Assembly (NCBI GenBank): GCA_049325535.1
Contig: JBMOKY010000001.1
Span: 685,942-749,941, forward strand
Origin: Patescibacteria group bacterium
GTDB lineage: Bacteria > Patescibacteriota > Patescibacteriia > UBA10025 > JAHIVO01
Direction: 5' to 3'
DNA length: 64,000 nucleotides
Shown: piece after piece, positions 1-9,404 of the stretch
How positions within the stretch are numbered: position 1 is the first letter of the stretch
How the letters are laid out: each line of letters begins with the position of its first letter
Program-made: the position numbers and the translations under genes
The notes under the pieces: generated by a model
What the model saw: only the letters and a program-made list of their open reading frames with translations
The model's database searches: none
Told to the model about the DNA's origin: nothing

Positions 1-33
1 AGCCTATAGCAAATTGCTAATGGATAATAGTAC

Positions 34-249
34 CTACGTAATTGTTTTTCGAAAAGCAGTAATTCTCTTAATCAATATCTCTACTTGTACGTAAATTGAA
101 TCGTAACCCGTCTTTGTAATATAGTCCTGCTGCTCAGCGAATGCAAATTCAGAATTATTTTCTGCAATTGACCGTATACTATATCCTAAAAACATTTTAA
201 ATTCCTTTGCTGTAGTAGACGCAGCTCCTTCAGCTATGTTTGCAGACAC
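34..249 (-). CDS. hypothetical small protein (71 aa)
   Basis: ORF only. It sits in an AT-rich stretch downstream of rpmG on the minus strand. No recognisable motif. Confidence 0.3.
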   Translation of the reverse strand: MSANIAEGAASTTAKEFKMFLGYSIRSIAENNSEFAFAEQQDYITKTGYDSIYVQVEILIKRITAFRKTIT

Positions 250-420
250 AGAAACTGCTGATCACCGCAGTTGCGAGGTAAGTGAATATTGCTCTTCCTT
301 GGGGAATGAGTCAGTGAGAGCATATACACGTTGAGCAAAAACAATTGCCTCCTGCCAAATCTGTAAGTCTTCAAACCTAAACATACTCTCAACTATTAGC
401 TATGATCCATACGCCATTTG

Positions 421-576
421 CTATTTCGTCTCTTTGTGCTCCGTGTGCTTTTTGCACCATTTACAATATTTTTTCAGCTCAATTCGATCTTTCACGGTTT
501 TCTTGTTTTTCCGTGAATGATAATTGATCCGGTGGCACTCAGTACATTCAAATTTTATGAGATTGTCCTGTGACAT
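421..576 (-). CDS. rpmG: 50S ribosomal protein L33, zinc-ribbon (C4) type
   Basis: Hand translation of the minus strand gives [51 protein letters not shown] (51 aa). The pattern CTEC..RNY.S.KNK...R.ELKKYC..CKKHT.H.ETK is the L33 signature with two CxxC pairs. It is absent from the ORF track because it is under 60 aa. Confidence 0.88.
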   Translation of the reverse strand: MSQDNLIKFECTECHRINYHSRKNKKTVKDRIELKKYCKWCKKHTEHKETK

Positions 577-635
577 AGAATATGTTTGCTAATTGATTAT
601 GATACGACATGACCCTGCCCCCGGAACGGGCACAC

Positions 636-700
636 AAGCGCTCGGCTAGCGGTCGGTCTTGGACCGACGACCACCTATGTATACCACCTTTCGGGCATCT
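636..700 (-). pseudogene. tRNA-like fragment (T-arm homolog), possibly a degenerate tRNA
   Basis: On the minus strand GUCGG-UCCAAGA-CCGAC parallels the GUCGG-UUCGAGU-CCGAC T-arm of the adjacent tRNA-Thr. It is followed by CGCUAGC. I could not close a full cloverleaf by eye: no D-arm and no matching 5' acceptor strand. Confidence 0.2.
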
Positions 701-740
701 CCCGCGGAGATAAAACAGTTGCCCCGCCTGCCTTCGCCTC

Positions 741-813
741 AGCCAACGGTCGGACTCGAACCGACGACCTTCACTTTACAAAAGTGTTGCTCTACCAACT
801 GAGCTACGTTGGC
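741..813 (-). tRNA. tRNA-Thr (anticodon UGU)
   Basis: The minus-strand fold has acceptor GCCAACG/CGUUGGC, D-arm GCUC-AGUUGGUA-GAGC, anticodon loop UUUGUAA and T-arm GUCGG-UUCGAGU-CCGAC with discriminator U. CCA is not encoded. Confidence 0.8.
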
Positions 814-902
814 TCAGGTAAAGGCGGACAGGTCTACCACTCGAGCTACGCTGGCACGCATACGCGGCATTCGTAGCCGGGCGCACGGTTACCCACACCG
901 GG

Positions 903-990
903 TGGGCAGGGAGGGATTCGAACCCCCGAAGGCGCAAGGCCAGCAGATTTACAGTCTGCCCCGTTTGACCACTTCGGTACCTACCCGCCC
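903..990 (-). tRNA. tRNA-Tyr (anticodon GUA), long variable arm
   Basis: The minus-strand fold has acceptor GGGCGGG/CCUGCCC with a G5:U68 wobble, anticodon arm GCAGA-CUGUAAA-UCUGC, a long variable arm UGGCCUUGCGCCUUCG, T-arm GGGGG-UUCGAAU-CCCUC and discriminator A. Confidence 0.82.
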
Positions 991-1068
991 GCCCCGTGTG
1001 AGTATATTCCGGTTTGTCAATGTATGTCGGCAAATTCACTCCGCATGGAGTTGAACTTACCCGCCGCA

Positions 1069-1144
1069 TGGAGCCGTTGCGCGGAGTCGAACCGCGGACC
1101 TACTCCTTACCATGGAGTTGCTCTACCAACTGAGCTACAACGGC
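1069..1144 (-). tRNA. tRNA-Thr (anticodon GGU), CCA encoded
   Basis: The minus-strand fold has acceptor GCCGUUG/CAACGGC, D-arm GCUC-AGUUGGUA-GAGC, anticodon arm ACUCC-AUGGUAA-GGAGU, T-arm CGCGG-UUCGACU-CCGCG and discriminator U followed by CCA. Confidence 0.85.
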
Positions 1145-1300
1145 ATCATGCGGTGAATAAGTTATCTCAAGCTGCGGCATATCGTCACGCATCTGGAACA
1201 TCAGCGGAATGGCGTGAACCAACTGCATACCCGTAACCCACAAGATTGCGGGTGATGACACAGGAAGCTCCAGCGACTCAAACAGAACCGACGTCTACTT

Positions 1301-2143
1301 TTATTTTACCTGCTTCAGACGTTGCTGAAATTCTTTTACTTTCTCATTTTCCGGGTTTGTTTCTTTGAGCCGTTTGATATTCGCTGCAGCTATCTCAGTG
1401 TTCCCTACCTCGAGCGCCGTGTCAATCAGTAAATCCAGAATGCGGGGATTATTCGGTTCCAATTTAGCAGCTTCCTGAAGACTGTCCAGCGCTTCTGCCA
1501 TCCGGCTTTGCGCGCGATATACTTCCCCGAGCTCAGTTTGATATTCAGCCACTTCTTTGTTCAATGATACCGGGGCGGCATTCAAATCAGCCGTAACGGG
1601 AGTTTCATCACCGTGCTCGTGCATCTTAATCAGATATTTCAGCGTCTCTTCCGCATGCTCCCAATCCTTCGTTTCCTGATACAGTTCGGCGAGTCCCTCA
1701 TATGCCTCAACATATTTCACGTCAATACTGATCGCTTCAATAAATTTTTCCTCCGCTTCCTTATATGCTTCCTGCTCCGCCAGCGCCACAGCCTCCGCCA
1801 CCAGGGTTGACTTTTTCTTTTCACTCGAGCTGCTATCAGACGGCTCAATTTCCCGTATCCGAGTCCGATACTTCTGTTCCAGCTCCTTCAGCGTCTGATG
1901 AATTCTGCTCATCAGTGGCGGCGTCCCATCATCTCCTCCCCGAAAAAAACGGGGTAGCTTTTCCAGGCGTAGTTTGCGCTTGAGGCGACTCTCCATCAGG
2001 CCCTTCTTCAGTCGTTCCATACGGTGACGCGCCAATGTTTCAGTCTTGATCGAGGCGACCACCGGAAATTTTCGTGACACGATGACGGTGACCACGATGA
2101 GCGCGGAACAAATTACTCCCAGGGCGATATAATCGTAAAGCAT
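1301..2143 (-). CDS. membrane-anchored TPR-like repeat protein (hypothetical)
   Basis: N-terminal hydrophobic helix (ALGVICSALIVVTVIV) followed by helical repeats with the TPR-like pattern A..Y..L..Y.....W..A. No enzymatic motif. Confidence 0.55.
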   Translation of the reverse strand: MLYDYIALGVICSALIVVTVIVSRKFPVVASIKTETLARHRMERLKKGLMESRLKRKLRLEKLPRFFRGGDDGTPPLMSRIHQTLKELEQKYRTRIREIEPSDSSSSEKKKSTLVAEAVALAEQEAYKEAEEKFIEAISIDVKYVEAYEGLAELYQETKDWEHAEETLKYLIKMHEHGDETPVTADLNAAPVSLNKEVAEYQTELGEVYRAQSRMAEALDSLQEAAKLEPNNPRILDLLIDTALEVGNTEIAAANIKRLKETNPENEKVKEFQQRLKQVK

Positions 2144-2177
2144 AGTTCAGCGCTGTATGCGCAGGTGCATACGAAAA

Positions 2178-2765
2178 TTAGAGGGTTTGACGATAGAATT
2201 TCTTGATCTGGATATTTTCCCCGAGTTTTGCGATGTAGCTCGTCACCAATGCGGCTACCGTCATGCTGTCATCTTTGATGAAAAGCTGATCAAGCAGGCA
2301 GACTTCGCTGTAATACTTCTTCAGTTTACCGGTAATAATCTGGTCCCACATCTTTTCCGGCTTTCCTTCCTGCTCCAGCTGGGCTCGATATACCTCTTTT
2401 TCTTTTTCGATAACGGCAGCGGGAATGTCCTCCGATTTGAGGTATAGCGGATCAGCGGCAGCCACATGCATGGCTAGATCATGGGCCAATGTCTGAAAAT
2501 CTTCAGTCTTTGCTACGAAATCTGTTTCACAGGCGAGCGCTACCACGGCCACTAATTTATTGTTTGCGTGAACATACGCGCTGACCACTCCTTCACTCGC
2601 CTCCCGATCCTGCTTCTTTGCGGCGATTTTCTGCCCTTGCTTGCGCAGGTGTTCTAGTGCGGCATCGATATTGCCATCGGTTTCCACCAGCGCTTTTTTC
2701 ACATCCATGATGCCAGCGCCAGTTTCAGCGCGTAGTTTTTGAATTGTTGCGGTATCGATAGTCAT
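2178..2765 (-). CDS. tsf: elongation factor Ts
   Basis: N-terminal LRAETGAGIMDVKKAL signature. It lies immediately downstream of rpsB in the conserved rpsB-tsf operon. Confidence 0.9.
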   Translation of the reverse strand: MTIDTATIQKLRAETGAGIMDVKKALVETDGNIDAALEHLRKQGQKIAAKKQDREASEGVVSAYVHANNKLVAVVALACETDFVAKTEDFQTLAHDLAMHVAAADPLYLKSEDIPAAVIEKEKEVYRAQLEQEGKPEKMWDQIITGKLKKYYSEVCLLDQLFIKDDSMTVAALVTSYIAKLGENIQIKKFYRQTL

Positions 2766-2770
2766 GGTGA

Positions 2771-3517
2771 TTATTCTTTTACTTCGCTGACGGGGGCCGG
2801 CGCGGCTTGCGCTTCAGCAGCAGCTTTTTGCTCCCGCTGTTTTTTACCCCGCTCGACCGCCTGAGCTATAGCGGTAGTGATGAGCGAAATGGATTTAGTT
2901 GCGTCGTCATTAGCCGGAATGGCATACTGTACGAGATCGGGATTAGCATTGGTATCGACAAGGGCGATGATGGGAATCTTCCGTTTGCGCGCTTCTCGAA
3001 CTGCAGTTTTTTCCTTTTTGATATCGATGATAAACATGGCATCCGGTAATTTTTCCAGATTTTCAATACCGCCGACGGATTTTTCGAGATTGGCGATTTC
3101 CTCGTCTTTTTTCAACTGCTCCCGTTTGGTATACTTTGCCAATTCACCGGCTTCGCGCTGACGGCGCAATGTCTGCAATCGCCGAGCTAATCCGATAATG
3201 TTCTCAAAATTGGTCAGCGTCCCCCCGATCCACCGTTCGGTTACGGCTGGCATACCGACAGACTGGGCAGCCTCTCGGACGATAGGTGTCGCCTGGCGTT
3301 TAGTAGTGACAAACAGAATAGTTCCGCCGCGGGCCACCACATCGGATACATAATTCCCGGCCGCCTCCAGCTGCTGAGCAGTTTTTTCCAGATCAATAAT
3401 ATGAACTCCACCCCGCGTCGTAAAGATGAAGGGCTTCATTTTTGGGTGCCAGCTTTTGGCCTGATGGCCGAAGTGGACACCACTTTTGAGCATGTCGAGC
3501 AATGCTTGTTGGTGCAT
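2771..3517 (-). CDS. rpsB: 30S ribosomal protein S2
   Basis: LLDMLKSGVHFGHQAKSWHPKMKPFIF...GGVHIIDLEKT is the canonical S2 N-terminus, with rpsB-tsf synteny. Confidence 0.95.
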   Translation of the reverse strand: MHQQALLDMLKSGVHFGHQAKSWHPKMKPFIFTTRGGVHIIDLEKTAQQLEAAGNYVSDVVARGGTILFVTTKRQATPIVREAAQSVGMPAVTERWIGGTLTNFENIIGLARRLQTLRRQREAGELAKYTKREQLKKDEEIANLEKSVGGIENLEKLPDAMFIIDIKKEKTAVREARKRKIPIIALVDTNANPDLVQYAIPANDDATKSISLITTAIAQAVERGKKQREQKAAAEAQAAPAPVSEVKE

Positions 3518-3742
3518 ATAATTTCCTTATTTAGCCTCTGTTTTCGTCATCCTGGTCTGGTACCCGGGATAGCCCCAGGCAAGGTCCAATACACAGTCGG
3601 AAAACATGTGTGATTAGGTATTAAAAAACCCTATTTCTAGAGGTTTTTAATGTGACTCTGATTCTACCACAGTTCACAAAATACGCAAGTCCCCGACCGC
3701 CCCTTGCCAAAAAATGAAGGCTTTGGTACACTCAATGCCACT

Positions 3743-3991
3743 ATGAAAAAAGAAGGACATCCGGAATACTTCGCAGATGCCAAGGTCGTCTGTGCCTGTG
3801 GCAATAGCTTTACTACCGGCTCCACGGTAAAAGAGATTCGCGTGGAAATTTGTTCGGTGTGCCATCCATTCTTCACCGGCAAACAGAAGCTGATGGATGA
3901 CCGTGGCCGCGTGGAGCGATTCCAGCGTATGCTGCAAAAGAAGTCTTCCCTCAAACCAAAGGCGCAGAAAAAGGCAACGGCTCATACATAA
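3743..3991 (+). CDS. rpmE: 50S ribosomal protein L31 with Lys-rich C-terminal tail
   Basis: MKKEGHPEY...CACGNSF...[13 protein letters not shown]...GRVERF is the L31 zinc-ribbon signature. An upstream promoter-like TTGCCA-N17-TACACT supports the ATG at 3743. The ORF track starts earlier, at 3704. Confidence 0.85.
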   Translation: MKKEGHPEYFADAKVVCACGNSFTTGSTVKEIRVEICSVCHPFFTGKQKLMDDRGRVERFQRMLQKKSSLKPKAQKKATAHT

Positions 3992-4004
3992 CAACATGAC
4001 TAAG

Positions 4005-4036
4005 CTCCCCACCCACCGAGGCACGGGGAGTTTTTG
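4005..4036 (+). terminator. intrinsic terminator or attenuator between rpmE and prfA
   Basis: CUCCCC...GGGGAG stem with 6 bp, followed by UUUUUG. Confidence 0.5.
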
Positions 4037-4038
4037 CT

Positions 4039-5088
4039 ATGGAACCGCAACTCACTAAACTCCAATCCCGCTATGATGAGCTGGAGCGCGAACTGCAGCA
4101 GCCCGAAACTTTTGGCGATCCGGAAAAAATAAAAAAACTGACCAAAGAGTACACCGAAATCGGCGAGACGCTGAGCCATGCCGCGGAACTAAAGAAAATA
4201 CAAACCAGCATCAGAGAGCTCGAACAAACCATCGCGGACGACACTGACGTCGAACTCACCGAAATCGCACGGGACGAACTGTCCTCGCTGCAAAAAAAAG
4301 CAAACGACCTGGAACAAGCCATCAATGAAGTGCTCCATCCAGCCGACCCCCTGGACAAAAAAGACATCATCGTGGAGGTCAGGGCGGGTACCGGCGGTGA
4401 CGAAGCCGGGCTTTTCGCCGCGGAATTATTCCGCATGTACCAGCGCTATGCCGAACGTCAGGGCTGGTCCACCCATCTCATCTCACAGAACCGCACGGGC
4501 ATCGGCGGGATCAAGGAAGTTATTTTTGAAATCCATGGCACCAAGGTCTACAGCCACCTGAAATTTGAAAGTGGCGTGCACCGGGTTCAGCGCGTGCCGG
4601 AAACGGAAAAAAGCGGACGGGTCCACACGTCCGCTGCGACCGTCGTGGTCCTCCCCGAAGCCGACGAAGTAGATTTTGAGATCAAACCAGAGGATATCGA
4701 AATAGAAGCCACGACTTCTTCCGGCCATGGCGGTCAATCGGTCAATACGACCTACTCGGCCATCCGCATCGTCCACAAACCGACCGGTCTGATCGTCATA
4801 TGCCAGGACGAACGCTCCCAGAAACAAAATAAAGAAAAGGCCCTCCAGGTGCTCCGCTCACGCCTGCTGGCTGCAGAACAAGAGCGACTTCAGAAAGAGC
4901 GGTCCGATGCGCGTAAAAGTCAAATCGGCTCAGGTGATCGGTCAGAAAAAATTCGTACCTATAATTTTCCCCAGGATCGAGTCACCGACCATCGTATCAA
5001 ACGGAATTTTTCAAACATTTACGGCATCATGGATGGGGATATTGAAGCGATCATCAGCGCCCTCAAACAAGCCAGTCACATAGCATGA
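4039..5088 (+). CDS. prfA: peptide chain release factor 1
   Basis: GGQ motif ([12 protein letters not shown]), RVQRVP.TE..GR.HTSA block and class-I RF domain order. The tripeptide is PET rather than PAT/PVT. It ends in TGA, overlapping the prmC ATG (ATGA). Confidence 0.93.
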   Translation: MEPQLTKLQSRYDELERELQQPETFGDPEKIKKLTKEYTEIGETLSHAAELKKIQTSIRELEQTIADDTDVELTEIARDELSSLQKKANDLEQAINEVLHPADPLDKKDIIVEVRAGTGGDEAGLFAAELFRMYQRYAERQGWSTHLISQNRTGIGGIKEVIFEIHGTKVYSHLKFESGVHRVQRVPETEKSGRVHTSAATVVVLPEADEVDFEIKPEDIEIEATTSSGHGGQSVNTTYSAIRIVHKPTGLIVICQDERSQKQNKEKALQVLRSRLLAAEQERLQKERSDARKSQIGSGDRSEKIRTYNFPQDRVTDHRIKRNFSNIYGIMDGDIEAIISALKQASHIA

Positions 5089-5939
5089 CCATCCAAACCG
5101 CGCTGCTGCGCGCTATCACGACTCTGCGTTCTACCTCCACCTCAGCCCAGCTCGATGCCGAGGTGCTTTTATCGTCAGTTATGCGACAACCAAAAACCTG
5201 GCTCCTGGCACATCACGATCATGCCATGACTACCGTCCAAACAGTGAAATTCCGCTCGCTGGTCACACAGCGTAAAAACGGTATGCCTATCGCCTACCTG
5301 ACCGGCCACCACGAATTTTATGGACTTGATTTCTCGGTAAATAAACACGTGCTGGTACCCAGGCCGGAAACAGAAACACTCGTCGAGGAAACTATCCGCG
5401 CCGCCCGCCAGCTGGAAAAACGATCAGCCACCGCCAAGCCGCGCATCGCCGACATCGGAACAGGCAGCGGTTGTATCGCCATCACGCTGGCGAAATACCT
5501 GCCCCGGGCGTTGATCTTCGCATCGGATGTGAGTATGCCGGCACTAACCGTCGCCCGCCGCAATGCGGCACGCCATCGGCTGTCATCGCGCATAACCTTT
5601 GTCCGTGGCAATCTCTTTACCCCCTTTCAATCAATCGTCAAACGAAAGCCGATTGACATCATCGTGGCAAATTTGCCCTATCTGCGCAAACCCGAACTTG
5701 CCGGCGTAAAACATGAACCACGCATCGCCCTGTATGGTGGAAAGATGGGCATCGAGGTGATCGATCGTCTGCTGGCGCGTGCCCGCCACTACCTGGCGCC
5801 GCACGGAGCCCTGCTGCTGGAAATAGCGTCTGACCAGGCGGGATCCATTTCCTACGCTGCCCAGCGCCAATTTCCTGAAAAAAACGTCCGTACCATCCAG
5901 GATTTAGCTGGCCGAGACCGAGTAGTCATAATTGAATAA
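5085..5939 (+). CDS. prmC: release factor glutamine N5-methyltransferase (HemK/PrmC)
   Basis: SAM-binding [11 protein letters not shown], catalytic-loop position IVANLPY (NLPY where NPPY is expected) and prfA-prmC translational coupling. Confidence 0.82.
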   Translation: MTIQTALLRAITTLRSTSTSAQLDAEVLLSSVMRQPKTWLLAHHDHAMTTVQTVKFRSLVTQRKNGMPIAYLTGHHEFYGLDFSVNKHVLVPRPETETLVEETIRAARQLEKRSATAKPRIADIGTGSGCIAITLAKYLPRALIFASDVSMPALTVARRNAARHRLSSRITFVRGNLFTPFQSIVKRKPIDIIVANLPYLRKPELAGVKHEPRIALYGGKMGIEVIDRLLARARHYLAPHGALLLEIASDQAGSISYAAQRQFPEKNVRTIQDLAGRDRVVIIE

Positions 5940-5944
5940 AAAAT

Positions 5945-5977
5945 GAGAGAGTTGGTCAGACTCTCTCGATTTTTTTT
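5945..5977. terminator. bidirectional intrinsic terminator (prmC / band-7 gene)
   Basis: GAGAGAG-N9-CUCUCUC stem. It is flanked by an A-run upstream and U8 downstream. Confidence 0.65.
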
Positions 5978-6017
5978 ACGACCGTGACTTGAATAGTGTG
6001 CGATGGAGCTAGCCGGA

Positions 6018-6827
6018 TTAGTGGCCGCTGGGCTGCATGCCGCCGGTTTGGACCGGGATCGGACCATAGTTGTTGGTCGGGACATACTGTCCGTTCCAAC
6101 GCTCAGCCTTGATCTGTTCGATCTGCAGCTGCCGGAGTTTGATCTCCAGCTCCATGTTCTTCTGAACGGCGTCGTTGTATTTGCGGATACCTTCGCCTTC
6201 CAGGGCTTTAGCATCAGCCAGGAGCTGGGCCGACAATTTCTCGCCCTCGGCTTTGGTGACCTTGGCGGTCTTTTCCGCCTCAGCTTGCTTCACCAGCTTC
6301 TGGGCTTCCTGTTCAGTTATGAGGAGTTCTTGCTCCTTCTGCTTCACTTGCTGCGCCCGCTGCATGGTCTCCTCGATCTGCTTCTCAAACGCCTCGGACC
6401 AGTCGTAATTGGTCACCTTCAGCTCGGTGACCTCGACCGGGTATCCGGACATGTCGGATACCGTCATCTCCTTGATCATAGCGCGAATCTTTTCCTGATT
6501 CGCAGCGATGTCGAAGATGGTATACTGGCCGATGGCTTTCTTGAAGCTTTCGGTCGACGTCTTGGTCAGCACGTTTCCGATCATTTCAGTACCGTATTGG
6601 CCCCACATCCTGACCAGCGAACCTTCCTTGTACCGGTAAAACACCGTTAGCGTGGCGCCAATGGACTGATTGTCCTTGGAAATCGCCGCCTGCTCTCCGA
6701 TGGCCACGGTAAAGGTCAGCTCCTGCGGCCGGATGGTCACCGTGCGGATCTTCTGGAAAAAAGGCAGTTTGAAATTGATACCCTCATCCAGTTCGACGTT
6801 GCCGATAGCGCCCATGGTGAAGCGCAA
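6018..6827 (-). CDS. SPFH/band-7 (prohibitin/HflC-like) domain protein
   Basis: The SPFH-like core (LTVFYRY..., DWSEAFEKQIEETMQRAQQ) is followed by a long coiled-coil rich in E, K and Q. The antisense ORF 6003..6650 is low-complexity, Leu-rich and was rejected. Confidence 0.65.
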   Translation of the reverse strand: MRFTMGAIGNVELDEGINFKLPFFQKIRTVTIRPQELTFTVAIGEQAAISKDNQSIGATLTVFYRYKEGSLVRMWGQYGTEMIGNVLTKTSTESFKKAIGQYTIFDIAANQEKIRAMIKEMTVSDMSGYPVEVTELKVTNYDWSEAFEKQIEETMQRAQQVKQKEQELLITEQEAQKLVKQAEAEKTAKVTKAEGEKLSAQLLADAKALEGEGIRKYNDAVQKNMELEIKLRQLQIEQIKAERWNGQYVPTNNYGPIPVQTGGMQPSGH

Positions 6828-7040
6828 CCCCCGGTTGCCGCTCTCGATGAATTCGACCGGGCCGAAGAGATATAATACGATGAGACGGACGATTGGTCAA
6901 GGACAAACCAATAGCCGATCAGGAGGATACGCCGCATGCCACCCAGGACCTCACGACTGGGGAAACCGCATCACCCCCCTGCCCGTCTCTGCTTGAGCCG
7001 GACAATCGTGGCACGGAATACTAGCTTCCGCCACACCAAG

Positions 7041-7097
7041 AAAAACCGTTCGGCACGCCACCATGACATCTGCCATGCGCCGGACGGTTTTTATTAT
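7041..7097. terminator. bidirectional terminator
   Basis: AAAACCGUUCGGC...GCCGGACGGUUUUU is a long stem with U/A runs on both sides, downstream of the 7101..8279 gene on the minus strand. Confidence 0.55.
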
Positions 7098-7100
7098 TGA

Positions 7101-8279
7101 TTATCCGTTTGTGACTGCTTGCGTTTTTGGAATGACGTGCACCCACGTATTTCCCCGATTCAGCTCAATTTCCGTTCCGGACAGATCATAGTATCTCGTT
7201 CGATCACGATTTGAATCTTTGCGCCAGGTCGCCTGAATCGTCTGGCCATCGCGCGCCACCCAGGCATCACCAGTACCACCGACGAACATTTCCAGTCTAC
7301 CCTTGCCGCCGTCCAGTTCCGGCTCCTGCACCAGTTGGACGATCACATTGTCCGCGGTGATTTGATTGCCCGTATTCGCGTCAAGATGGGGCGCATTGGC
7401 ATTGAACCGATAGTATCTATTGTCATCGCGGTGATACGTAAAATCAACCTGATAGGTTGTGCCTGAGGAAAAATTGAATGACAAGGTGATGCCGTCCTCA
7501 CCACGCTCTTCCAACGGGGCGGGGTTTTTAAATTTCCAGGGCGCAAAAGCAGATGTTCGCTGATCCAGTGTCAGCGTACGCAGCGCGCTCGTCATCTTTT
7601 CTGATGACGTCACCAAATTGTGCGGCGCAGGCCGGGAGGTGTCCCGCCAATAATACGGCGCGCCGCGGCTGGTCAGCGCGTCCAAATCACGGACTTTCTG
7701 CTCCCAAATCACCGTAATCGCTTTTGGACTACCGCCAGCGTGTCCGTAGAGCGCATCGTACTCGAGCGCCCACTCCAGATAATACGGTCGCGCCGACCGG
7801 ACCGGCATGATCGTCGGAACCACTGTACTCGGGTCATACACCGCCATGAATCGGGTAGCGCCGCCTTCCACCAGCGCTTCATAGACCACCGAAGCCACTG
7901 CCAGGCCATGCTGCGGCCGAACTGCCAATAGGTTTTCCATCATGATGGCATAGGGCACCAGCGCCTCTTGCCCACGGTCAACCAACACGCCGTCCAGCAA
8001 GCGCGGAAGTTGCGCAGATTCATCCGTGTCAGTATTTCCGGCATCCCCGATCGCCACTGACTTCTCGACGCCGATGCCGGCCCATGATTGGAGCGCCTGC
8101 CAGGTAGCGGTCACCTGCGCCCCGAGCAGCCACCAGACGACGATTACCGCGACGATAAAAATTCCCGCCACCCATGGGATGGGGTGGGATACCTGCGGCC
8201 AGGGGGATCGTCGCGGCCGAGGCGACTGCGCTGGCGGGGGTTGTTTTTTTTGATTGACGTTTTGTTTTTGTGTTGCCAT
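7101..8279 (-). CDS. DUF3048 (YerB-like) family secreted/membrane-anchored protein, paralog 1
   Basis: N-terminal TM segment. The conserved block ...ARPQHGLAVASVVYEALVEGGATRFMAVY...PVRSARPYYLEWALEY matches the DUF3048 N-domain signature as I recall it. Confidence 0.55.
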   Translation of the reverse strand: MATQKQNVNQKKQPPPAQSPRPRRSPWPQVSHPIPWVAGIFIVAVIVVWWLLGAQVTATWQALQSWAGIGVEKSVAIGDAGNTDTDESAQLPRLLDGVLVDRGQEALVPYAIMMENLLAVRPQHGLAVASVVYEALVEGGATRFMAVYDPSTVVPTIMPVRSARPYYLEWALEYDALYGHAGGSPKAITVIWEQKVRDLDALTSRGAPYYWRDTSRPAPHNLVTSSEKMTSALRTLTLDQRTSAFAPWKFKNPAPLEERGEDGITLSFNFSSGTTYQVDFTYHRDDNRYYRFNANAPHLDANTGNQITADNVIVQLVQEPELDGGKGRLEMFVGGTGDAWVARDGQTIQATWRKDSNRDRTRYYDLSGTEIELNRGNTWVHVIPKTQAVTNG

Positions 8280-8292
8280 GTCTTGAGCGTAA

Positions 8293-9375
8293 TTAGTTGT
8301 AGGTCACCTCCCGATCGGTCGGCACCACCTCTATCCACGTTTGGCCGGCATTTAATGCTACTTCATCTCCCTCCGCGTCATAGAACCGAGTGCGGGAAGT
8401 TTTTTCCTCTTTTTCCCATGTGCCCGTGGTGGCCTGTCCGTCACGGAAGATAATCGCCTCACCCGAACCAACGGTGTCCATACTGAGTCGCTGCTCATCC
8501 GCCAGACGCGTTTCCACTTTTTGAACGATTATATTTTTGGCATGAATCTCAGTGCCATCTGCATCGGCGTGAATTTGTCCGGCCATTGAGCGAACGTAAG
8601 AATTTTCCTCGCGGTTATACTGATAGGATACCGAGTAGCTGAAAGAAGAAAAATCGATTGAAATCGACTTGGCATCCAGCGGTCGGTCAGCCAGCGCCGC
8701 GTCATCCTTAAATTTCCAGGAATCAAACGTACCGTGCTCAGCCGCCTCCAGATCGCGCAGTGCAAATGCCAGATTTTCTCCGGTGGTAAAAAGCGTGTGC
8801 TCCGATGCGACATTCCGACTTTTGTCCCGGTAGAAATATTGCGAATGATAAAACTGATTCAGATCAAACACATCGTTGGTAGTAATATCCACCAGTGCTT
8901 GCGGACTGCCGCCAGCATGGGCAAAAAGCGCCTGGTACTCGAGCACCCAATCAACAAAATACGGACGCGCTGACCGGACCGGGCCGATAGTACCTGGGGT
9001 TTTGCCGGCAAATACTGCCAAAAATCGAGTAATACCACCCTCCGCCAGCGCTTCATAAACCACATTGGCAGTTGCTAATCCAGACTGCGGTCGAGCTACG
9101 GTGAGATTTTCTATGATCACTGCCACGGGATACGGGTTTGCTTCATCGGGAGCTACCATCACCCCATCAATCGCCCGTCGGGTCAGCTGATCCGAAGAAC
9201 CACTAAGGGTATTTGACGAACCTCCTGAATCTAAATCCAAACCAAATAGCAGATAGCCTCCACCAGCGGCTGCGGCCACTATAATCGCGACTACGATACC
9301 AATCCATTTCTTATTTTTTCGCTTGCCCCATACCATGCCCGCTCCATTTGTTCCCTGAGGTTTATTGGTCGGCAT
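8293..9375 (-). CDS. DUF3048 (YerB-like) family protein, paralog 2
   Basis: Same architecture: TM segment, then ANPYPVAVIIENLTVARPQSGLATANVVYEALAEGGITRFLAVF...PVRSARPYFVDWVLEY. It lies in tandem with paralog 1. Confidence 0.58.
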   Translation of the reverse strand: MPTNKPQGTNGAGMVWGKRKNKKWIGIVVAIIVAAAAGGGYLLFGLDLDSGGSSNTLSGSSDQLTRRAIDGVMVAPDEANPYPVAVIIENLTVARPQSGLATANVVYEALAEGGITRFLAVFAGKTPGTIGPVRSARPYFVDWVLEYQALFAHAGGSPQALVDITTNDVFDLNQFYHSQYFYRDKSRNVASEHTLFTTGENLAFALRDLEAAEHGTFDSWKFKDDAALADRPLDAKSISIDFSSFSYSVSYQYNREENSYVRSMAGQIHADADGTEIHAKNIIVQKVETRLADEQRLSMDTVGSGEAIIFRDGQATTGTWEKEEKTSRTRFYDAEGDEVALNAGQTWIEVVPTDREVTYN

Positions 9376-9404
9376 ATGTCTTCCCTCCGAAGTGATGTAA
9401 TTAA

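Noticed and set aside
636-700. Calling the element upstream of rpmG a tRNA-Trp
   Set aside because: The loop UCCAAGA carries CCA, but position 33 would be C. No D-arm or complementary acceptor strands could be found. It is kept only as a tRNA-like remnant.
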